From NCBI RefSeq assembly GCF_048593235.1, contig NC_133617.1, positions 46,399,767 through 46,463,766 of the forward strand: DNA of 64,000 nt, in the 5' to 3' direction. The notes below the pieces were generated by a model. The model was not told where the DNA came from. It saw only the letters and a program-made list of their open reading frames with translations, and searched no databases. Numbering within the stretch: position 1 is the stretch's first letter; each line of letters opens with the position of its first letter. Positions 35,401-45,900 of the stretch are shown here, in pieces. Source of the stretch: Sminthopsis crassicaudata (taxonomy: Eukaryota). The translations under genes and the position numbers were made by a program.

Positions 35401-38400
35401 GGGACACAAATGGGGCACATGGGGTGGGGGGGGCACCATTTCCCATGACTCAGACCCCACCTCTGCGCCTCTGCTTTTCTCATGTGGAGACACAGTGCTC
35501 GGGGTGTGTGCCCCCAGCAGGGAGTCTAGGATTGACTTGACTTCCTTTGGGACTAGTGTGCTTTGCTGCTCAATCAATGACCTAAGGGTCATTAAGAGCC
35601 CACTGGGTGACAGCCGTGCTTGATCTGGGAGAGACTGTGGGATGATGTCACCTGTGCAAAGGCAGTCTAGGCGGGGTGGAGCCAGGAACGAGGTTGCTAA
35701 CAGAGAACACGGCCCAGCTTCCAGGGGGCCGGGGCCTGTGCTGCACTCTGGGTGCCAAGATCACTTCTCCCTTCTGGGAGACAAGTGCTCCAGAGGGGGT
35801 GAACGAGGCCACTAAAGGTCGTTACTGACTCAGGAAAGGCTTTGGGAAGCCGGCCTGGGGGAGGAAAGGCGTGCCAAGGTGTTTTTGGAGATTCCCTGGG
35901 AAGCACTCACCTGGAAGGTGCCCAGACTCTCCTCCAGGTCAGCCAGCATAGACCACACCTTCAAGGACTTGTAGACCCGATTCTGCACGGGCTCAGAACC
36001 ATCAAAGTACTCGGCCCGGCGGGCAGGCAGGGCAGTCGCCTTCTGCGGGGGACAAGAAGACACATCTGGGGTCACCACAACCCCCAAAAGTGAGCTCCTG
36101 CCTGTCCTTCCTGCAGGCCCTTCCCCATGACAGCCACGTACCCGCAGCAGCCGCAGGGCCTGGTCATAGTTGTCGTGCCTGAGCTCCATCTCGCCGTACT
36201 CACACCATACACTGGCCAAATCCTCCACCTGTTTGAAGTTCACCTTGGTGGCCTTCTCCAGGATGGTGCGGGCCTAGGCAGGCAAAAAGAGTACCTGGGG
36301 CTTCAGATGGAACCAGCCCCACCAACAACCTCCCACAGTCTCCCTGCTCCCCCCATATTCCCCTCCCTCCCAGCTTACATCATCCAGCTGCCCGTTATCC
36401 TCATAGAACTTGGCAAAGGCAACCCACAGTGTGTGGGGTTTGCCTGTGGCCTTGAAGGGATCCACGGTCTGTACAGCCTCGGTGTATGTGTTGATGACCT
36501 GGAGGAGACAGAAGTGGGCCTTGGATGCTCACCTGGGTTTGTGTAGAGTCCGGGGATGCGGGGCTGGGATGGGCGGGAGGTGGGGTGGGGAGGAGAGAGG
36601 CTCTGAGTACAGAAGGATGCTTCAGGGGACCGGGGAGGAGAAAGGCAGGGGTATCTGTGTGGGAGTGGTGGTCAGGATAGGCAGAGGGAGTGGAGGAAGA
36701 GGAGGGGCTCTGGGTTTGGAAGGCATCTCACCTCTCTGGGTCGGCCCTGATGCAGGGCCACTCGCTTGTGCCACTCATGCACGTGGTGTGGGTTCTGGCG
36801 TAGCAGGACACTATTGAGCAGGAGGGGCCGGCGACTGATAAGCTGCTCAAAGCGCGCCAAACGCAGCTCCAGGTCCACGTCATCTGAGGCAAAAGCAGCA
36901 GCAACAATGAGCCAGGGGATAAAAGACAGGACCCTCCAAGTGGCCACACTCTAAAGGTATGATAGCCCCTCTGAGGTGCCCACCCTCCAGCCTGCACGGC
37001 CTGGCCCCTCTGAGGTGCCCACCTTCCAGACCACATTCCACATGGCTTGGCTCTTCTGGCTCTATCCACCCCCCTCACCTTCTTCCTCCCGCCCCAGCTC
37101 GGAAGTTGTCTCCATCTTGGCTGCAATCATGCTCTCCTCAAACTGGGCATAGCTGTCAAACACCTGGGTAAAGTCTCGTACGGTCATCACTGTCTGGATT
37201 GCTTCCTCATACACGTCACGGGCCTGAGATACAGAGAGCATCATGAACACATCCTGCCTCCCCCTCGGATGTCTTGTGTCCATCTTGGGCAGTGCCCAAT
37301 GTTAGGAACCAGGAAGTGGCCATAAAGAGCCCTGGTTCTAATACTGACACATTCTATTATCCTGAGGACATCACCTTTTATATCTGTACAATAGCGATAA
37401 AATTTGCTCCTACAGAGCTCCTAGGACTTTTGTGAAGGAAATACCACATAAAATTTGAGAGTTAAATAAATGCTTGATAATTGGAAAAATTAATTAAAAC
37501 ATGCTCCAATCTAATCAGCATTTATTAAGGGCCTATTGTGTATGTGGCACAGAAAAACCAAATCATGTCCTCAAAAAAGGTAACATTTTACTGAATGAGA
37601 CTGATACAACATAGAAACAGATAAGAGCATTCATGATCACTGGAGGCATAGAAGGGAAAGAACACTAACCAATGGGGCCAGGAAAAACTTCCCCTGGAAG
37701 ATGTCCAGGCCCCTCCTGAAAAGGAGAAGCCAGGAAGGGGGAGACCGCAGGCATGGGGCAGAGAGCTCTGAGCAAGGCAAGAAAGGGGAAATGGGATGTC
37801 AAGGGCAGACAACAGCAGCACCACAGGGGACACTGGTGCCGGGTACTATTGGCCTTAACATATATTGAACTCCTTGCCATTTATGGGAGGTGGGGGAAAG
37901 GGGGAAAATTTGGAACATAAGGTTTTGCGAAGGCCAATGTTGAAGAATTATCCATGTATATGTTTCCCGTTCCCCCCCCCCCCAGGCTGGGGTTAAGTGA
38001 CTTGCCCAGGGTCACACAGCCAGGAAGTGTTAAGTGTCTGAGTCTGCATTTGAACTCGGGTCCTCCTGAATTCAAGGCTGGTGCTCTATCCACTGCGCCA
38101 CCTGGCCGCCCTCTCATGTATATGTTTTGAAAATAAAACTTTAATAAAAATAAGTAAATAAAACAAAAAAAAAAAAGAAAAAGAAACAAGCAAAAAAAGG
38201 CCGAGTACACATCTGGCTTCAGATACTACCTAGTTGAGTAATCCTGGACAAGTCCAGTCATTTAACTCTTTGCCTCAGGTTCTTCATCTTTAAAATAGGG
38301 ATAATAAGAACCCATTCTTGCCAGGATTGATATGAGGATCAAATGAGATATTAAGTGTTTGGCACAGTAGGTGCTTACCTAATGTCAGCTATCATTATAG

Positions 38401-38703
38401 AGGGAAGAGGGACATGGATAGACTTGAGGTAATTTGGACACCTAGGTCCAGGTCCGGTACCTTCTCAAAGTGTCCACTTCGGATGTAGTAGTCAGCCAGG
38501 GAGCACCAGAGCTTGCCGAGCTGGTCAGTGAAGCGCGTGAGACCCCCTCGGATAATGGCACCCACATTTAAGGACTGTACTTTGTCAGGATTTTGGGAGA
38601 TCAGGTCACAAAGTTCATGCCACAGCTGGAGAGAAGAGGGAGAAAGGCTCAACCCACAGCTCCATGGGCCCTTGCCTGGAGCTTGGGAGGGGTGAGTGTG
38701 AGT

Positions 38704-38757
<54 letters not shown>

Positions 38758-41700
38758 ATGAGGTATATGAGTCAGCGTATGGAACTGTGATAGCCAAGAA
38801 GGCGGCAGGGTGTAAGGACAAGCTCTCCAGGTCTGGAGCCCCAGGAGCTCCTGGACCCGAAGCCTGGCCCTGCTACTTATTACCTAGGTGATCGCAGACA
38901 GCCTCTTCTCTTCTGGGGGCCTCAGTTTCCTCATCTGCAAAATGAGGGGTTGAAACTGATGACCTGCCAAATCCTTGCCTGCTCTGGATCTCAGCAATGC
39001 CATGAGCGTGTGTGCCTGTGTGGCCGTGTAAGCATCTGTGTGGGGAGGGCAAGGTTTGGGTGTTTGGGGCCTCGGGAGCTCTGAAGGGGCCCGGGGGCTG
39101 GGCAGGGGAGCCTGACCTGGTAGTTGGACTTTCCTTCCTTGGACACAAATCGTTCATCATTGACCACAGTTGCCAGGCGCTGAGCTGCCTCATCCAGCCG
39201 GTCGATGGAGCGTAGATACTCGATGTATTCCTCTGCACTCTCGGGGCTCAGCTGGGGACACCCCAACAAAGAAACTGGTCAGTGTTTTCTTGTGTCTCCC
39301 TTACCCCCTGCCTCAAGATGTCCTTGTCCTCTCCTTCTCTGGGGCCCATTTCACTGGGTTTTGAGGGTCAGAGGGCATAGGACAGGAAATCGTACAGCCA
39401 CCCACTCCCCTGCCAGGCTCACCTTGAGGAAGCGGCGGTATACACGCACTGCAGTCTCAGGCAGAGGGTGGGAACGTACAAATCGAAGATAGAGGGGCCA
39501 GATGCGTGAGTGCTGAGTGATAGGCAGAGCTCTCAGAGCACGGTCAAAAGTGCGCCGGGTCCGAGTAATACGACCTTGCTCCATCAAGAACTGGCAGTAA
39601 TCCAACCACAGACGCGGCATCTGGAACAGGGAGAAGGCAGAAGTCCCTCGCACTCCCCTCTCTCCAGTCCCAGACACCTCAGATTCCTTCTGCCCCCTGG
39701 GCCCAAGGACTCACCTTGTGCATGAAGACCAAGGCCCGCTCATGACAGTTGTTGACATCCTCATAGGCAGGGTCAGTCACACAGCGACGCTTCACCTGGG
39801 CCCGGCGGGCTTTCAAGTAGTGGTACCAAAGCTTGTAACTGGGTGACAAGAGGGGACACCATCAGAGCCTTTTACTTTTCCTTGCCCAAGCTCCACCTTC
39901 CTGTACTGAAGTGCCTTGTGGGGGAAGGGGAAAGAGGGGAGGCTGGAAAGCTGGAGGGTCCCTTACCTCCCAGGCAGCTCCTTGAGGGCTCGCTCATAGA
40001 GCAGATTGAGCACAGCCTGCGACGCACTCTGCTTGAACTCAATGTACCGAAACCAACACTTGACGGAGAAAGGATTGCGAAGGATTTCCTCCTCATACTG
40101 CAAATCCTCCTCTTCCTAAGGAGACAAGAGGCCAGAGTGTCGCTACCAAGTCAGGTCTCCTCCATCCCAAAACTCACCCCAGCAATAAGGGGTCTCACGG
40201 AGACAAGTCCTGCATTTGGAATCAGGAGTCCAGGCTGACAATCCCATCATCTACATTTCCTGTGATGTTGAGCAAATCACTTCATTTCTGGGCTCCCCGC
40301 TCCAATTACCTTTCAATTTACTCACTAAGTTCCCATCCCCTTTCTGTGCAAGCACCCAGCAGACTTTCCCATACATATTAAGTATGTTATAGTATATCCT
40401 AGATAAATATATGTGTGCAGAACCGAATTTTTTTAACACCTGGAATTATCAAAGCAGAATGAGATAGCCTGGAGGCAGTGGGTTCCTCCTTTTTTGAAGC
40501 CTTCATGAAATAGCAAGGTGACCACCTATTAAGCTTGATATAGAAGGAATTCTTATTTGGGTACAGGTTGTATTAGAAAGACACCGAAGTCTCTTCTAAT
40601 TCTGAGACCGTCTATGTCTTTGACTGGACAGATGCTCCTGTAGGGTTCCTACCGGGTTCGGTGGTCTGTCTAATAAAATGATCTTCCAAGTCTAAATCCT
40701 CCATTACCTTATTTCCCCGGGTTATCTAGTCTCTGCATCTGGCTCAGAGTTCCTCAGAAACATCCTCTTGACTTCTTGCACTTTTGTTTTTCTTCCCAAG
40801 TTATTTTTACCTTCTGAATCCAACTCTTCTTGTGTGACAAGAGAACTGTTTGGTTCTGCACACATATATTTTATCTAGGACATACTATAGCACATTTAGT
40901 ATGTATGGGACTGCCTGCCACCTAGGGGAGGGGATGGAGGGAAGGAGGGGAAAATTCGGCACAGAAGGGAGTGCAAGGGATAACGTTGTAAAAAATTACC
41001 CATGCATGTGTACTGTCCAAAAAAAAAAGTTAAAAAAAAAAAAAAAAAAAAAAGAACAATTTCCCCCTGCTCCAAAAAAACAAAAAACAAACAAAAAAAC
41101 CTCCCGTCCTCTCTTTTCTCTCTATCCTCGATCATCACAGCAACAGCCTCCTTTTGGCTCCCATCTCCCCCATCCGCACCATTCTGCCACCACTGTCCAG
41201 GGCTTGCATTCTGCAGCCAGTCCTGATCCAACTCAATTCACTCCACATTTATTAATTACAGCAGAGCACTTCACAAGGCCCTGATACAGAGCTTAAGTAA
41301 TTATAGAATCTCAGACCTGAATGGATCTGAAAGGGCAGTCAGGCTCCATACTTATAATAATAGTAACATTTACAGAGTTTACTATGTTCCAGTACTACGC
41401 TAAGTGCTTTAATAACATTCCCTAACATTCACATACTAAGTGACAGACACTATACTAACTGCTTTAATAATAAAAACAGTTAAGATTCAGGTAGCACTTA
41501 CTTAGAGTGTGCCAGACACTGCGCTAAGTGCTTTAATGACAGCAGCTAACACTCACACAGCACTCGTTACACGCCCAGCACTGTGCTAAGTACTTTGCAA
41601 TTATTATCTCCTTTCATTTTGATAACAATAGGGAAGTAGGTGCTATTATCACTCCCATTTTACAGATGAGGAAACTGAGGTAAATAGAGGCTAAGCGCCT

Positions 41701-42606
41701 TGCCCAGAGTCACACAACTAGGTAGTGTCGGAGGCAGGCCGTCCTGACCCCTCTCGGAGCTCCATCCCCCACAGTGGAAGCGCTAGATGTCCAGTGACGG
41801 GGAACAATGCTCTCGTGGGGCAGCACTACCTTTATGTCCTTCCTTACATCAAACCCAGATCCCCTTCTTCTAAATTTCCGCACTTCGCCCCCCGGATCCA
41901 AGCGGAGGAACAACGGATAATCTGACTAAGCGCAGCAGAGGCCGGGGGAAGCCTGGAAAGTTGTAACTGACTCGGCGGGAGGCCCCGGAGGGCCTGAGGA
42001 CGGCCGGGCCGGGCTTCAGAGGCTGCCAGGGATGCAACCGGTGAAGAAGGGGGCGCGGAGCTGTCCGGGCAGCGCGGGCGGAAGACCAGGATCCCTGTCT
42101 CCACAGGGGATAACACATTGGGAAAGAGGCTACATTGTGGCAAGCCCGGAGCACCGTGCAGAGTCTGCGGTTTACTGGGGATTTCCGAGCAGATTTCAGC
42201 CCCCGGGGAGCTCCTTAAGGTCGGAATCCTTTTCTCGGCTTCGCTCGAGAATGGCAGCGGTTCCCTAGGTTCACCCCGAGCCCCCTCCGCTTTGTCTCAA
42301 GAAATGCACAGGAGAAAAGCGCCCAGTAGACGCCGGCCGGCGCAGCCTGCACCTAGCCCGTTCCCAGGTTAGCCGAGGCTTTTTCACGCGCCGCACTCTC
42401 CCCAGGCTTCCCGGAGCCGCGCCTGCGCACTCCTTGCCTCCGTGGGGCTGGCTCCCCATCCTAAGTTTCAGAGCCCGCCCGCCGCCTCGTGGAGCGTACA
42501 GCGTCCGTGCGCTCCTCCCGCTCGTACTCACGAAGAAGAGGTCGGTTCTCTCAGACCGAGTCTTCAGCTTTGCCTCGGCTGGGACCGCATCCCCGATCTC
42601 GGGCAT
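32407..42606 (-). CDS. XAB2: XPA-binding protein 2 / pre-mRNA splicing factor SYF1 (HAT/TPR repeats), 19 exons, 862 aa
   Basis: Exons in transcript order: 42532-42606, 39967-40115, 39715-39838, 39423-39620, 39117-39251, 38461-38625, 37079-37223, 36732-36883, 36379-36498, 36142-36273, 35911-36042, 35272-35385, 34340-34502, 34010-34200, 33238-33360, 32969-33140, 32752-32881, 32547-32653, 32407-32468. All GT-AG, total 2589 nt. Peptides include [21 protein letters not shown] and [12 protein letters not shown]; ends [16 protein letters not shown]. Confidence 0.98.
37966..38114 (-). mobile_element. WSINE1-type SINE with G-rich tail, inserted into an L1 3' end
   Basis: TSD catgtatatgttt at 37953-37965 and 38115-38127. 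Confidence 0.85.
38692..38756. repeat. (TG)n microsatellite in XAB2 intron 5
   Basis: 23 pure TG units (38711-38756) preceded by GAGTGT variants. Confidence 0.95.
40852..41100 (+). mobile_element. L1 3' end with poly(A) tail in XAB2 intron 1
   Basis: gggaaaattcggcacagaagggagtgcaagggataacgttgtaaaaaattacccatgcatg followed by A-runs. Confidence 0.8.
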
Positions 42607-42918
42607 CCCCGCTTCTTCCCGGGCTGTAGTCACCAGCCTTAACACTGCGATCCCGCCTCCATCCGTTCTAGCGCTGTTCCTCATTGGCCGGCTGCAACCC
42701 ACTTCCGTGCCCTTCCTCAGAACAACTTCCGCCTGTTCTGGACTAGGAGAAGAGGCGGGACAACTTCACCGCTCACTTCCGCTTTGGGCCTCTCGGGCCA
42801 ATAGACTCTAGCGTCCAGTCTTGGGTTCTAACCAATGATCGTACGTTTTGCTGCGGAGTTTGACTTTGGGCGGATGTGGTTTCAGAATCTGGCGGAAGCA
42901 GCCGTCGGACCCGACAGG
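42607..42918. promoter_or_regulatory. Bidirectional XAB2/PET100 promoter (312 bp between ATGs) inside a CpG island of about 41700-43400
   Basis: Head-to-head ATGs. ETS/GABP-type ACTTCCG at 42701, 42725 and 42775. CCAAT boxes at 42683-42687 (-), 42798-42802 (+) and 42832-42836 (+). Confidence 0.9.
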
Positions 42919-45900
42919 ATGGGGGTGAAGCTGGAGGTGTTTCGGGTCAGTGCTTGGGGTCTGGGCGGGTGCCACTATTTTTCCCGGGGCCTGTGTCGGG
43001 AGCGGGAAGGGGCTTTGGAAATGGAATCTAGAGGCTGAATAAGAATCCCCTTCACCACCTTCCCGCAGAGAAGCCCCGGGAGCTGTTGACCGCCCTCCTT
43101 TACCCTTCTCCGCGTCGTGGTCTGGCGGCGTTATCTGCTATATATGCACTTCAGAGCCGGTTGCCTTGCCTACGGCAGCAGACCCCTCCTCTCCCGGTCT
43201 CCCCGCAATTTTTCCAGCCAATCTTCAAATCATAGAAACTGAAGAGGCCCTCCCCCTCCTGTCACTCCGTGATCCTAACTGTGGTGGCTACAACTGAGCC
43301 GCCGACTCCACCGGAGACCCGAGCTGGTGCCGGGGGAAGGGGGGGAGGGAGGGGGGAGTGATGACGTAGTTCTGTAGCTCTTTTGTAAAGTACCTCACTG
43401 ATAGCTCGCTTTTTCCTGGCATTTGTTAAGTGCCTACTGTGTGCTAAGTGCTTTACAAATAGCATCTCATTTGATCCTCACAAAACGCTTGGGATTACTT
43501 GCTTTTTACTACAGATGAGGAAACTGAGACCTAGCCACTGGTCCTGGGTCTTAGTAAGCACCTGAGGTAGGACTCTAAAGAGTGGTACTGTCTCTCCCTT
43601 ACGGTGGGGGGCTATAGGAGAGAGATTGTTCTGGATCCGTGACTTCGGAGGGACAGGGAGCCCCCAGGAGGGCGCCTTCTCTTCTCTTTAACCTGTAATC
43701 CCAGAGGATGGCTTAGAACAAGGACAGATTAGATGTTTTGCCCAGGGTTACTCAGCTAGCCTGTATTAAAGGCTGAACTGGAATCCAGCTCCAAAGCGAA
43801 CTTTCTGTCCCTGTTCCACACTTTCTGTCTCCTCTCTCGTAATTCTCTTGACTTCTTCCCAGAATCCCATTAGTTGTTGTTCCCCCCCCCCCCCTCAATG
43901 ACTACCTTATGTTGAGTTTACTAAAAACTAACAGATTTTTTCCTCCTCAAACTTCAGTTGAGCCATGACTCCTTCATCCTATGCTTTTTTTTTTGTTTTT
44001 TTTCTCTGAGGCTGGGGTTAAGTGACTTGCCCAGGGTCACACAGCTGGGAAGTGTTAAGTGTCTGAGTCTGCATTTGAACTCGGGTCCTCCTGAATTCAA
44101 GGCTGGTGCTCTATCCACTGCGCCCTCTAGCTGCCCCATCCTGTGCTTTTGAAGTTGATTTTTTAAACCCAAATCTAAGACTTTGCATTTGTCCATATTG
44201 AATTTCATCTTTTCAGGCTTAGCTTAGTTCAGAGTATGTTAATTCTTATCGAATTCCTAGTTCTGTGTCATCTACAGACTTGATGGGCGTGCTGTCTATT
44301 CAGTCTTTATCCAAATATTTGGCTAAAAATGCTAAAAGTGGAACTTAGATCCTTGGGCCACTCAGGCCACTTCACTAAAGACCTGTTTATTGAAACTGAA
44401 GCCCTAATGACATTCCTCTTTGACTTTGGTCTTTCAACTGGTTTTAAAAATATGTAATTGAATTACCGGACAGTTAGGTGTGGAAATGGATATATCACTG
44501 CCCCTAAGGTCAAGAAGACTCCTTTTCTTGAGTTCAAATCTGACCTCAGACATAGACTAACTTTCTGACCTAGGACAACTAATGGCTTCTTCTTTTTTTG
44601 GAAAGTGATATGTGATCTGTATTTTCATTTGTTTTTCTTTCTTTAAAAAAAACAAAACAAAACTTTGTGTTCCAAATTTTTCTCCCTCCTTTTCCTTCTC
44701 CCTCTCAAGATACCAAGTGATCTGATATAGGTTAAATAATATGCAATTTTAAAAAACATATTTCCATATTTGTCATATTGTGCAAGAAAAATTAGATCAA
44801 CAGCAGTGTTACTACTGGGTTTGTATCCCAAAGAGATCTTAAAGAAGGGAAAGGGACCTGTATGTGCAAGAATGTTTGTGGCAGCCCTCTTTGTAGTGAC
44901 TGGAAACTGGAAACTGAGTGGCTGCCCATCAGTTGGAGAATGGCTGAATAAATTGTGGTATATGAATGTTATGGAATATTATTGTTCTGTAAGAAATGAC
45001 CAGCAGAATGACTTCAGAAAGGCCTGGAGAGACTGACATGAACTGATGCTGAGTGAAGTGAGCAGCACCAGGAGATCATTATATACTTCAACAACAATAC
45101 TGTATGAAGATGTATTCTGATGGATGCAGCCATTTTCAACAATGAGATGAACCAAATCAGTTCTATTTGTTCAATAATGAAGAGAACCAGCTACACCCAG
45201 TGAAAGAACTCTGGGAAATGAGTGTGAACCACAACATAGCATTTCCACTCCCTCTGTTTTTGTCCGCTTGCATTTTTGGTTTCCTTCTCAGGTTAATTTT
45301 ACCTTATTTCTAAGTCCAATTTGTGCAGCAAAATAACCATGGATATGTATACACATATTTAACATGTATTGTTCTACCTGCCGTCTGGGGGAGGGGATAG
45401 GGGGAAGAAGGGGAAAAATTAGAACAAAAGGTTTCAGCAATTGTCAATGCTGAAAAATTAATTATCCATGCATATATCTTGTAAATAAAAAGCTATAACA
45501 AAAAAAATTTAAAAAAAGAAAAAAAATCAGATCAAATGGAAAACCATGAGAAAGGAAAAAAAAAAAGCAAGCAAACAACAACAAAAAGGTGAAAATATTA
45601 TATTTCTATTCCCTTCAGTCTCCATAATTTTCTCTCTCTGGATGTAGATACCCTCTTCCATCACAAGTTACTGGAATTACCTTGGATCACTGTGTTGTTG
45701 AAAAGAACTGTGTCCATTATAATTGATCATCACATAGTTTTAGTTGTTACTCTATACAGTATATTCTTGGTTCTGGTTACTTCACTCAGCATCAGTTCAT
45801 GTAAATCTTTCCAGGCTTTTCTGAAATCAGTCTGCTTATCATTTGTCTAGACCAATAATATTCCATTACATTCATATACTGTAACTTACTCAACCATTTC

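Noticed and set aside
43358-43401. C/D-box-like pair in PET100 intron 1
   Set aside because: 44 nt is too short for a C/D snoRNA, and no guide complementarity was recognised.
44770-45036. 88-aa ORF as a host gene
   Set aside because: It is the C-terminus of L1 ORF2 in a truncated insertion.
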